Shown here: piece by piece, positions 1 through 9,902 of the stretch | Numbering within the stretch: position 1 is the stretch's first letter | How the letters are laid out: each line of letters begins with the position of its first letter | Origin: an uncultured Veillonellaceae bacterium | GTDB taxonomy: Bacteria; Bacillota; Negativicutes; JARBTT01 | DNA: 64,000 nucleotides | Assembly (NCBI GenBank): GCA_963805085.1 | Contig: CAWDTA010000002.1 | Span: 1,088,001 to 1,152,000 of the forward strand | Direction: 5' to 3' | Position numbers and translations under genes: made by a program | The notes under the pieces: generated by a model | Told to the model about the DNA's origin: nothing | Databases searched by the model: none | What the model saw: the letters and a program-made list of their open reading frames with translations, nothing else

Positions 1-1
1 T

Positions 2-3000
2 TTAAGTGATAAAGAGTTCTGGTGTGCAAAATACCAAACAATTCCAGAGCCGCTTTTTAACAGGTGCACTGATAATGCTGCTAGTAGCGATAGTTCAGTG
101 TTAAGTGATAGGATTACATTTAGTATCAAAAGGGCTGCTTATAATAAAATGATCGAATTTAGTGAAGCAAACGGTTGTAGTGTCTTCCACTTTATTTTGG
201 CAGTGCTGTTTACCTATTTCAGCAGGGTATGTAATAAGGAAGAGATTGTTATCGGCGTTCCTATTCTAAATAGAGGAAAAGCAAAATATAAGCAAATAAT
301 AGGCCTATTTGCTAATATAGTACCTTTAAGAATAAATATAGGGAAAGATATAAGTTTTAGCGAGCTTATGCTTACGATAAAAAATGAACTTATGGAATGC
401 TATAGACACCAGAAGTTTCCTGTTGGAGAAATATACAGAACGGTTTCTGAACAGGGTAAGGAAAAAAATAATATTTTTGATATTTCCCTTTCCTATATAA
501 ATCGTGATTTTAGTGATAATTTTGTCACTGCTAGTGATTATGACATTGTAAGCCTGGCGCATCAGCATGAGCGGAATGCCTTGACGATATTCGTAAGGGA
601 GTATAGCGAGGATAGGGATATCTTATTTGATTTTGATTATCAGATTGGTGTATTTAAAAAATTTATGTCCATTGAATCTGTTATTGCACAGTTTAAATAT
701 TTGCTAGGTGAAGTGATTGAAAACAGTGAGAAAAGTGTCTCTGAGATAGAAATAATTCCTGAAGTGGAGAAACAAAAAATTTTATATGGCTTCAATAATA
801 CAAAGATGGAATATTCAAAAGAGAAGACAATTCAGGAATTGTTTGAAGAGCAGGTTAATAGAGTGCCTGATCATGTAGCTGTAGTTTTTAAAAATACAAG
901 GTTAACCTACGAGGAACTAAATGCCAAAGCAAACCAAATGGCAAAGGTTTTGAGAAATAAGGGAGTAAAGCCTGATAGTATCGTAGGTATAATGCTAGAT
1001 CGGTCTATTGAAATTGTCGTTGGCATACTTGGTGTACTCAAGGCAGGCGGTGCATATCTGCCGATAGATCCAAACTACCCTACGGAAAGAATAAACTATA
1101 TACTGGAAGACAGCGCTACAGGTATTCTGTTAACACAGAAAGATTTAAAAGATAGAGTAAGTTATCAAGGTCAAGTCATTGATATTGAGGATGATATATA
1201 CAAAGGGGACAATGAAAAACTAGAAAATATAAATAAGTCGAGTGATTTGGCATATATCATTTATACCTCAGGATCAACAGGGAAACCTAAAGGAGTTATG
1301 ATAGAGCATAGGGGAATTGCAAATTTAAAGACCTTTTTTCAGCAGAATTATCATGTGGATGAGAAAGATAACATGTTGCAATTTGCTAGTAGTTCCTTCG
1401 ATGCCTCCGTATGGGAAATTTTCACGAGCTTGCTGACGGGTGCAACGTTGTATATGGTTCCTAAGGAAACGATTAACAATCTAGTTGATTTCGAAAATTT
1501 TATTAATAAAAATGAGATAACGATGACACTTCTTCCACCAACCTATTTAGCTAGTATTGAACCCGCAAGAGTAACTAAGTTGAAGAATTTATTCACAGGT
1601 GGGTCTGCTATAACTAAAGGATTGGTTGATAAATGGAAGGAAAGGCTTGTGTATAGTAACGCTTATGGGCCTACGGAGTCAACGATTATGGCAACTACTT
1701 GGAAATATAATGAGCAAGAATTGGGAGATAGTCAGGTGCCGATCGGGAGCCCGGTAAATAATACGGAAATATATATTTTAGATAGCAATAACCAAGTTTT
1801 ACCAATTGGTTCGGCGGGCGAATTGTGCATCGGTGGAGATGGGCTGGCTAGGGGATATCTACACAAACCTGAGTTGACAGCGGAAAAATTTGTAGCTAAT
1901 CCTTACCGAAATGGGGAAAAGATGTACAAGACGGGTGATTTGGCAAGATGGCTTCCCAATGGCAACATCGAATTTCTTGGCAGAATGGATTATCAGGTAA
2001 AGATAAGGGGCTTTAGGATCGAACTGGGGGAAATTGAAGCAGAATTATTAAAGTATCCGGAAGTTAAAGAGGTAATCGTAATTGACCGGGACGGTGAGCA
2101 AGGGGACAAATACCTAGTCGCATATTTTGTAGCAGATAGTCAGTTGACAATAGATGAACTAAGGGAACATTTATTAAAAGAACTACCTGAATATATGGTG
2201 CCTTCCTACATGATGCAGCTTGATAATATGCCTCTGACTTCCAATGATAAGATTGACAGGAAAGCACTACCAGAGCATGATTGTGGTAGTGGATCTGGTG
2301 TGGTGTACGTAGCTCCAAGGGATGATAAAGAAAAAATATTGGTAAAATTATGGCAGGAAGTATTAAAAGTGGAACGGATTGGGATAAGAGATAACTTTTT
2401 CAATCTGGGCGGAGACTCCATAAAAGCAATACAGATATTGTCAAGACTAAATGCTTACAGGCTAAAATTGGAAATGAGAGATTTGTTTAAGCACCCAGCT
2501 ATTGAGGAATTGGGTGCTTTTGTTCAAGAAGTAGCGCGTACAGCAGAACAAGGTCTTATTGAAGGTAAAGCAAATTTGACGCCAATACAGCATTGGCTAT
2601 TTGAGCAAAGATTTGCAGAGAAATATCACTTTAATCAAGCAATTATGCTTTATCGACAAGAAGGTTTTATAGAGGAAATCCTAAAAAATGTATTTAGTAA
2701 ACTGGTAGAACATCATGATGCCTTGAGAATGGTTGCTAAACAGGAAGAAAGTGAGGTCGTTCTGTTTAACAGAGGGCTTGAAGGTAACTTATATTCTTTA
2801 GAAGTATTTGATTTGCGAAAATGCGCTAATTTTAGAGACGTCATTGAAGTAGAAGCGAATAAGATACAGGCAAGCTTAGACCTTTCACAAGGGCCATTGG
2901 TTAAGCTTGGTCTCTTTAAGACGAAAACAGGAGATCAACTTTTAATCGTGATTCATCATATAGTCGTAGATGGTATATCCTGGAGGATTATACTTGAGGA

Positions 3001-6000
3001 TCTTTTTAATGGGTATATGCAGGCTTTAAAGAAGGAAACAATACGGTTCGCCGATAAAACCGATGCTTTTAATGCTTGGACTGTTCAGTTATCTACGTAT
3101 GCCAATAGTTGTGAGTTATTAAAGGAAGTAGAGTATTGGGAGGAAATTGAACGGGTAACTGTAAAAGCGTTGCCTAAGGACCAACCCATTACAGAAAGAA
3201 AATGTGAAGAAACTGAAAAGGTGCATATAGAATTAAGCACACAAGACACGGAAAAATTACTTAAAGATGTAAATCAAGCATATAACACTGAGATTAATGA
3301 TATTTTGCTTACAGCATTAGGATTAGCGGTTAAGGAATGGACAGGTGAGGAAAAAGTATTAATTAATCTAGAGGGACATGGCAGAGAAGAGATAGGTAAT
3401 GAGCTTGATATATCAAGGACAGTCGGATGGTTTACCGCCCAATATCCTGTAATCCTGAACATGAGAAAAAAGAAGGATCTTGCATATAGTATAAAATCAG
3501 TGAAAGAAGGAATGCGGCGGGTTCCGAATAAAGGAATTGGCTATGGAATTCTAAAGTATCTAACTTTGCCAGAAAACAAGAAAAATTTGCAGTTTAACCT
3601 AAAACCAGAAATTAGCTTTAACTATCTTGGACAATTTGGAGAAGATACTGATAACAGTGCATTTAGTATATCGGATATTTCTGTCGGAGAGTGTGTATCA
3701 CCAAATATGGAGCAGCCTTATGCCATTGATATAAATGGCATGGTGACAAAGGGAAGATTGGTATTGGATTTTACCTATCATAAAACTGAGTATGATAGGG
3801 TTACAATTGAAAAATTTGCAGAAAGTTTTAGAAAAAACTTGGTAGATGTAACAATCCATTGTACAGCTCTTGATTATACAGAGATGACTCCTAGTGATTT
3901 CACCTTTAAGAACTTTACCCTTGATGAACTTGAAACTGGATTAAGCAATTTAAATACAAGAAACATAAAAGATTTGTATCGATTGAGTCCTATGCAAGAA
4001 GGCATGCTGTATCATGCAATGAAGGAAAATGAATCTTCAGCGTATTTTGAACAAGTGATTTTATCAATAGAAGGTAAGTTGGATATAGCTAACATAAGAG
4101 AAAGTTTTAACAAGCTTATCGAAGCATATGATGTATTTAGAACTGTATTTGTCTATGAAAAGATAGCAAAACCGATACAAGTTGTTATGAAGGCTCAAGA
4201 AGTATCTGTAAATGTTGAAAATATTACTTGTTTGGCGGAAAGAGAGCAGCAGCTATTTATTGAAAAGTTTAAGGCGAATGACAAAATGGCAGGGTTTAAT
4301 CTCCAGGGAGGTATGCCAATAAGATTAAACGTCATCCAAACAGGGGCAGATTCCTACAAGTTAATATGGAGCTTCCATCATATCATTATGGATGGATGGT
4401 GCCTCGGGATAGTTCTTAAACAATTTTTTGAAATATATGATAGCTTACAAGAAAATAGGTCACTGGAATTAGATAAAGTATATCCATATAGCAACTATAT
4501 TAAATGGCTTGATAGACAAGTAAATAAGGGTGCGCAAACTTATTGGGAAGGATACTTAAGTGATTATCAAGAGCAGGTATCACTTTCTGGATATAACGGT
4601 GTCTTACCACAGGGCGGATATGAACAAGAAGAGTTTCGCTTTAGTTTTGATGAGAAAATAAAATCTGGTCTTGAGAATATAGCCAAGAAAAACAATGTAA
4701 CTCTTAGTACGATAATTCAAACTATATGGGGGCTCTTGCTTGCAAGGTATAATAATACCGATGATGTTGTTTTTGGTGCGGTCGTGTCGGGAAGACCTCA
4801 TGAAATAGTGGGTGTAGAAAGCATGGTGGGGTTATTTATAAACACTTTACCAGTAAGAATAAAATGCGAGGGTAATCAATCATTGGCACAATTGCTGCAA
4901 GAAGTGCAATTAGCTGCGATAGAATCTGAGGAATTTAGCTATTATCCTCTTGTGGAAATACAGGCAAGGACAAGTATGGGAGATGCTCTGTTTGATCATA
5001 TTGTTGCTTTTGAAAATTACCCAATAGAAGAGGCAATAAACGGTAACTTTAGTGTTAATATAAAAGCGGCTGAAGCTTTTGAACAGACCAATTATGATTT
5101 TAATATGGTCGTTATTCCAGGTAGGGAATTAAACATCAAGTTTATGTATAATTCATTGGTTTATGATAGAGGATTTATTGGAGCCCTTAAGGTGCATTTC
5201 GAAACAATGATCTTAGGAGCGATTGGCAATCCGGAGATATTGGTAAAAAATATAGATATGCTTACGATAGAAGAGGAAAAGGTGCTTTTAGATACTTTTA
5301 ATCATACGAAAACTGACTACCCAAAAGATAAGACCATATCAGAACTCTTTGAGGAGCAGGTTAAGAGGACGCCTAATAATATAGCAGTAGCTTTTAAAGA
5401 TCAGAGACTAACGTATGGCGTATTAAATGAAAAAGCTAACCAACTAGCAAGGGGATTAAGAAGTAAGGGGGTAACGACAAATCATATTGTGGGAATTATG
5501 GCAGAGCGTTCTCCGCAAATGTTGGTTGGGTTATTAGCTATTTTGAAGGCAGGAGGAACTTATTTACCTATCGATCCTGAATATCCGTCAGATAGGATTA
5601 GCTATATGCTGTCGGATAGTGGGGCGCAAATATTATTAACACAAACACATTTGCTTAGTAAGACTGCTTTTAACGGGGTCATTATTGATTTAGAAGAAGA
5701 AAGATTATATCAAGGTGATGCTAACAATTTAATAAGAGAAAATACCTCACAAGATGTAGCGTATGTGATTTACACATCAGGTTCAACGGGGAAACCAAAA
5801 GGAGTTGAGATTGAACACACTAGTTTGGTAAATCTTGTATTCTGGCATCGGCGTGCGCATCATATTACCTCTGAGGATAGAGCTACTCTAGTGGCTGGAC
5901 CAGCGTTTGACGCTTCGGTTTGGGAGACTTGGCCATATCTGGTTTCCGGTGCGGGGCTATATATTCCCAATGATGAAATCAGAGTGTCAACGACAAGTCT

Positions 6001-8317
6001 TATTAAGTGGTTGCAAGATAACTTAATCACTGTAAGTTTTATGCCGACACCATTGGCGGAAGCGCTTTTAGCAGAGGAGTGGCCAAGTGAGATATCGTTA
6101 AGGACTATGCTGACAGGTGGAGATAAATTACATCGTCGGCCTAATGCAGATATGCCATTTACGTTGTTTAATCAGTATGGACCAACTGAGAATACAGTGG
6201 TTACTACTTGGGGGGCCATCAGGCCAGAAGATGCAGTTGACACTTTACCATCAATCGGTCGTCCTGTGGATAATACAAATGTCTATATATTGAATAGATA
6301 TGATAGACTGCAACCAATTGGTGCCCCGGGAGAATTGTGCATTTCAGGCGATAGTCTGGCTAGAGGCTATTTAAACAGACCTGATTTGACGGCGGAGAAG
6401 TTTATTCCAAATCCGTTCAAATCAGGTGCGAGGATGTATCGGACAGGAGATTTGGTAAGATGGCTGCCGGATGGCAATATAGAGTTTCTTGGGCGAATTG
6501 ACCACCAGGTCAAGATTAGAGGATTTAGAATGGAACTGGGGGAAATAGAAAGCCAAATATTAAAGCATCAGGCAGTTAAGGAAGCGGTAGTAATAGCCAG
6601 AGAGGATAAGCAAAATGACAAATATTTGGCAGCATATCTGGTAGCAGATCGTGAATTGACAGCGAATGAGCTTAAGGCGTATCTATTAAAAGAACTGCCT
6701 GAATATATGGTACCATTGTACTTCACTCAGCTTGATAAATTACCTTTGACTCCTAATGGCAAGATTGACCGAAAGGCGTTGCCTGTTCCTGATGGATGGG
6801 GCAGCACGGGAGAATGCTATATAGCCCCACGAAATGAAGCTGATGGAAGAATCCAAAAAGTCTGGGAAGATATACTTGGAATCGATAGAATTGGAATTGA
6901 TGATAATTTCTTTATGCTTGGAGGCAATTCGATAAAAGCAATACAAGTTGTTGCCAAATTGGCACTGGATTTTGAGATCGGGATAAATGATATTTTCCAA
7001 TGCCAGACCATAAGGAAGATCTCTGATACAATAAAATACTCTAAAGATAGATTAAAGGCAACGATTGACGCTATGAGTGAAGCGGCTGCGGCAAAGGATA
7101 ATTTGATTAACTTCGATGGAGCCATTCGAGACAAGTTGAGAAAGTATAAAACTAAAAATCAAGTCTACAAAAAGGCCAATCTTTTTGAAACAGTTCCGTA
7201 TAAAAATATCCTGCTTGCAGGGAGTACCGGTTATCTTGGAATACATATTCTATACCAGTTACTAGAAAATACTGATTATATGGTGTATGTAACGATCCGG
7301 GCTAAAGATGATGAGGAGGCAAAAGAAAGGTTGTGGGGTAAACTGGAGTTTCATTTTAATCTTAGCAGCAATGATCGAGATATTTTAAAAAATAGAATTC
7401 GTGTAGTCCATGGTGATTTATCAAAAGAGTACCTTGGTTTAGATTATACAAAATATATGGAGTTGGCAGACACCATTGATTGCATCATAAATTCTGCAGC
7501 CAATGTTAAGCATTATGGACATTACTCCGAATTTGATGCTGTAAATGTGAAGGGGAATCAAAGACTCGTTGAATTCGCAAATACGGGCAAGAAAAAAGCA
7601 TATAATTTTATATCCACCACCAGTGTAGGAAGCGGATATGTAGCTAGAAAAGACAAGCTTGTATTCACAGAATACGATTGTGATTTAGGGCAGAGTTCGG
7701 ATAACTATTATGTAGCAACTAAATTGGAAGCAGAGAAATTGTTGCTAAAATCAAGAGAAGAGGGGCTGACGACAAATGTTTTCAGGGTTGGAAATCTTGT
7801 ATTTGATTCTGCATCCGGAGTGTTTCAGGAAAATATAGAAAATAATGCTTTTTATAACATGATAAAATCGTTAATAAAAATTGGTTATTTCCCGCAAATG
7901 AATGATAGAAGTATAAATTTTTCCTTCATCGATTATGTTGCTAAAGCGATTGTATTGCTGTTTGATAAGAAAAATTTACAGAATGAAACCTTTCATTTAT
8001 ATAATAGTAACCAAATTAGTATCGTTTCATTGGCAGAACTTTTAAATGAAGTGGAAATAAATGTAAAAACAATTCCTGTAGATGAGTTCATACAATATTT
8101 GTACGAAAAGTTTGAAGATGAAGAAACAAAAAGTTATATTTCTAGAATTCTCGTTCACTCTAATATGTTTTTTGAAGGGGCAAGTAAAACCTCATTTATG
8201 ATACGCAATGAAAAAACAGAAAACATTTTGAAAGAGTTAAACTTCAAATGGCCTAAAATGAATGGTTTAAGGGTCAGATTGATGATGGATCACTGTAAGA
8301 GAGTTGGATTTATGTAG
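2..8317 (+). CDS. Non-ribosomal peptide synthetase, 5'-truncated by the window edge; domains C(starter-like)-A-T-E-C-A-T-R (terminal thioester reductase)
   Basis: Frame is open from nt 2 (LSDKEFWCAKYQTIPEP...) into ORF 98..8317. A-domain cores YTSGSTGKPKG, YGPTE and TGD occur twice; T motifs LGGDSI (~2408) and LGGNSI (~6920); E motifs HHIVVDGISW, EGHGRE and RTVGWFT; C motif HHIIMDGWC; R domain GSTGYLG (~7220) and YxxxK (YVATK, ~7710). Confidence 0.96.
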   Translation, partial: LSDKEFWCAKYQTIPEPLFNRCTDNAASSDSSVLSDRITFSIKRAAYNKMIEFSEANGCSVFHFILAVLFTYFSRVCNKEEIVIGVPILNRGKAKYKQIIGLFANIVPLRINIGKDISFSELMLTIKNELMECYRHQKFPVGEIYRTVSEQGKEKNNIFDISLSYINRDFSDNFVTASDYDIVSLAHQHERNALTIFVREYSEDRDILFDFDYQIGVFKKFMSIESVIAQFKYLLGEVIENSEKSVSEIEIIPEVEKQKILYGFNNTKMEYSKEKTIQELFEEQVNRVPDHVAVVFKNTRLTYEELNAKANQMAKVLRNKGVKPDSIVGIMLDRSIEIVVGILGVLKAGGAYLPIDPNYPTERINYILEDSATGILLTQKDLKDRVSYQGQVIDIEDDIYKGDNEKLENINKSSDLAYIIYTSGSTGKPKGVMIEHRGIANLKTFFQQNYHVDEKDNMLQFASSSFDASVWEIFTSLLTGATLYMVPKETINNLVDFENFINKNEITMTLLPPTYLASIEPARVTKLKNLFTGGSAITKGLVDKWKERLVYSNAYGPTESTIMATTWKYNEQELGDSQVPIGSPVNNTEIYILDSNNQVLPIGSAGELCIGGDGLARGYLHKPELTAEKFVANPYRNGEKMYKTGDLARWLPNGNIEFLGRMDYQVKIRGFRIELGEIEAELLKYPEVKEVIVIDRDGEQGDKYLVAYFVADSQLTIDELREHLLKELPEYMVPSYMMQLDNMPLTSNDKIDRKALPEHDCGSGSGVVYVAPRDDKEKILVKLWQEVLKVERIGIRDNFFNLGGDSIKAIQILSRLNAYRLKLEMRDLFKHPAIEELGAFVQEVARTAEQGLIEGKANLTPIQHWLFEQRFAEKYHFNQAIMLYRQEGFIEEILKNVFSKLVEHHDALRMVAKQEESEVVLFNRGLEGNLYSLEVFDLRKCANFRDVIEVEANKIQASLDLSQGPLVKLGLFKTKTGDQLLIVIHHIVVDGISWRIILEDLFNGYMQALKKETIRFADKTDAFNAWTVQLSTYANSCELLKEVEYWEEIERVTVKALPKDQPITERKCEETEKVHIELSTQDTEKLLKDVNQAYNTEINDILLTALGLAVKEWTGEEKVLINLEGHGREEIGNELDISRTVGWFTAQYPVILNMRKKKDLAYSIKSVKEGMRRVPNKGIGYGILKYLTLPENKKNLQFNLKPEISFNYLGQFGEDTDNSAFSISDISVGECVSPNMEQPYAIDINGMVTKGRLVLDFTYHKTEYDRVTIEKFAESFRKNLVDVTIHCTALDYTEMTPSDFTFKNFTLDELETGLSNLNTRNIKDLYRLSPMQEGMLYHAMKENESSAYFEQVILSIEGKLDIANIRESFNKLIEAYDVFRTVFVYEKIAKPIQVVMKAQEVSVNVENITCLAEREQQLFIEKFKANDKMAGFNLQGGMPIRLNVIQTGADSYKLIWSFHHIIMDGWCLGIVLKQFFEIYDSLQENRSLELDKVYPYSNYIKWLDRQVNKGAQTYWEGYLSDYQEQVSLSGYNGVLPQGGYEQEEFRFSFDEKIKSGLENIAKKNNVTLSTIIQTIWGLLLARYNNTDDVVFGAVVSGRPHEIVGVESMVGLFINTLPVRIKCEGNQSLAQLLQEVQLAAIESEEFSYYPLVEIQARTSMGDALFDHIVAFENYPIEEAINGNFSVNIKAAEAFEQTNYDFNMVVIPGRELNIKFMYNSLVYDRGFIGALKVHFETMILGAIGNPEILVKNIDMLTIEEEKVLLDTFNHTKTDYPKDKTISELFEEQVKRTPNNIAVAFKDQRLTYGVLNEKANQLARGLRSKGVTTNHIVGIMAERSPQMLVGLLAILKAGGTYLPIDPEYPSDRISYMLSDSGAQILLTQTHLLSKTAFNGVIIDLEEERLYQGDANNLIRENTSQDVAYVIYTSGSTGKPKGVEIEHTSLVNLVFWHRRAHHITSEDRATLVAGPAFDASVWETWPYLVSGAGLYIPNDEIRVSTTSLIKWLQDNLITVSFMPTPLAEALLAEEWPSEISLRTMLTGGDKLHRRPNADMPFTLFNQYGPTENTVVTTWGAIRPEDAVDTLPSIGRPVDNTNVYILNRYDRLQPIGAPGELCISGDSLARGYLNRPDLTAEKFIPNPFKSGARMYRTGDLVRWLPDGNIEFLGRIDHQVKIRGFRMELGEIESQILKHQAVKEAVVIAREDKQNDKYLAAYLVADRELTANELKAYLLKELPEYMVPLYFTQLDKLPLTPNGKIDRKALPVPDGWGSTGECYIAPRNEADGRIQKVWEDILGIDRIGIDDNFFMLGGNSIKAIQVVAKLALDFEIGINDIFQCQTIRKISDTIKYSKDRLKATIDAMSEAAAAKDNLINFDGAIRDKLRKYKTKNQVYKKANLFETVPYKNILLAGSTGYLGIHILYQLLENTDYMVYVTIRAKDDEEAKERLWGKLEFHFNLSSNDRDILKNRIRVVHGDLSKEYLGLDYTKYMELADTIDCIINSAANVKHYGHYSEFDAVNVKGNQRLVEFANTGKKKAYNFISTTSVGSGYVARKDKLVFTEYDCDLGQSSDNYYVATKLEAEKLLLKSREEGLTTNVFRVGNLVFDSASGVFQENIENNAFYNMIKSLIKIGYFPQMNDRSINFSFIDYVAKAIVLLFDKKNLQNETFHLYNSNQISIVSLAELLNEVEINVKTIPVDEFIQYLYEKFEDEETKSYISRILVHSNMFFEGASKTSFMIRNEKTENILKELNFKWPKMNGLRVRLMMDHCKRVGFM

Positions 8318-8426
8318 AAAGAAGTAGAAAAAGCTTAGTAAAAAATTCATTGGAATGAAAAAACGGAAGGGCGTGTGAAAGATTGATACGATAGTATCGC
8401 CTTTTGACAGGAATTTTGGATTCTCC

Positions 8427-9059
8427 ATGAAATCGTTGGATGATTATGATGAATTGATGCTATACCCTGAGGAATTAGGAATTCTTAGTTCTAAAGCTGT
8501 ACCAAAACGCAGAATTGAATTTTGTATAGGCAGGGCTGCAGCGCATAGTGCTTTAAGTAAAATAGGTATAAAAAATTTTCCTGTTCTTAAGGGAGTTCAT
8601 AATGAACCCTTATGGCCGAAAGATGTGGTCGGTGCTATTAGTCATTCGGGCGAATTAGCACTGGCTGCAGTGGCCCATAAAGAAGAGACTACGGGAATTG
8701 GTATCGATATCGAAATGATAGATAAAACGATATCAGAGGACATCATAAAGATAATATGTACGCCAAGGGAGGCTGACTGGGTAAATAGGAGAAAGGACCG
8801 GAAACTTCAAAGACTGTTTATGATGTTTTCTGCAAAGGAAAGCATTTTTAAAGCTTTTTTTCCTATAACGAATGTACCTCTTAATTATTTCGATACTAAA
8901 CTTATATGGCATGAGGATATGGGATGTTTTTCAGGTCAATTGCTAACGCGAGTGGGGGAAGAATATAAAGAAGGATATCTTTTTGAGGTAGGATGTAGAA
9001 CACTTGATAAGTATATATTTACGTTTATGACGTTACCTTTGCTTACAGCCCCGCATTAA
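8427..9059 (+). CDS. 4'-phosphopantetheinyl transferase (EntD-like)
   Basis: Motifs RRIEFCIGRAAA, EPLWP..VVGAISHS, GIGIDIE, FSAKESIFKA; directly follows the NRPS. The true start may lie slightly upstream. Confidence 0.9.
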   Translation: MKSLDDYDELMLYPEELGILSSKAVPKRRIEFCIGRAAAHSALSKIGIKNFPVLKGVHNEPLWPKDVVGAISHSGELALAAVAHKEETTGIGIDIEMIDKTISEDIIKIICTPREADWVNRRKDRKLQRLFMMFSAKESIFKAFFPITNVPLNYFDTKLIWHEDMGCFSGQLLTRVGEEYKEGYLFEVGCRTLDKYIFTFMTLPLLTAPH

Positions 9060-9080
9060 ATTTGCGAAGGGCTTATTTTT
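9047..9080 (+). terminator. Possible intrinsic terminator after the PPTase
   Basis: Imperfect hairpin AGCCCCGCA...TGCGAAGGGCT followed by TATTTTT. Confidence 0.45.
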
Positions 9081-9143
9081 GTAGTCTGATTACAAGCTAG
9101 ATGACTTAAAGCGGCTGAGAGCTGCAAGGGAGGAATTTATACA

Positions 9144-9902
9144 ATGCTTGGGAAATTGCTGCCTTGGTTGGCAGCTGTGGATTTACCACGACCAAAACCG
9201 GAAGCGGCTGCAGTGGAGCTTACGGCTGTGCGTAAAATTTATATGACTGGTGCCGGTGAATTTATGGCATTGAAAGGAATCGATCTTAAAGTTGATAACG
9301 GCGAATTTGTGGCGGTAGTTGGCAAATCAGGTAATGGTAAGTCTACATTGATCAATATGATTACTGGCATAGATCGACCTACTTCTGGAGACGTTTGGGT
9401 GGCAGGTACACCAGTGCATACTCTGACAGAAAATCAGATTGCTGTATGGCGAGGGCGTACGGTAGGCGTTGTGTTTCAGTTTTTCCAGTTGCTGCCTACG
9501 CTTACAGTGCTAGAAAATGTGATGCTACCCATGGATTTTTGTAATGTCTACGATCCTTTAGAACGGCCAGAACGAGCCATGGAAATCTTAAAATTGGTCG
9601 GTGTGGAAAACCAGGCGGACAAAGTGCCGGTCAGTCTGTCTGGAGGTCAGCAACAACGGGTGGCTATTGCCCGTTGCCTGTCTAATGATCCTCCGCTTAT
9701 AGTGGCCGATGAACCAACGGGCAATTTGGACCCGCGCACTGCTGAATCAGTTATTGAATTGTTCAGAGAATTAACTCGTGGAGGAAAAACGATTCTGATG
9801 GTTACTCATGATGAGGATTTAGCCCGCCGAAGCAGTAGAATTGTAACTGTATCTGAGGGACAGATTGTTCGGACATCGCCTGCTCGAGAGGGGGCATTAT
9901 GA
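9144..9902 (+). CDS. ABC transporter ATP-binding protein (MacB/LolD type)
   Basis: Walker A GKSGNGKS, signature LSGGQQQRV, Walker [13 protein letters not shown]-loop VTHD. Confidence 0.95.
   Translation: MLGKLLPWLAAVDLPRPKPEAAAVELTAVRKIYMTGAGEFMALKGIDLKVDNGEFVAVVGKSGNGKSTLINMITGIDRPTSGDVWVAGTPVHTLTENQIAVWRGRTVGVVFQFFQLLPTLTVLENVMLPMDFCNVYDPLERPERAMEILKLVGVENQADKVPVSLSGGQQQRVAIARCLSNDPPLIVADEPTGNLDPRTAESVIELFRELTRGGKTILMVTHDEDLARRSSRIVTVSEGQIVRTSPAREGAL

Noticed and set aside
98-100. GTG at 98 as the NRPS start
   Set aside because: The frame is open to the window edge and encodes C-domain sequence upstream; no RBS.
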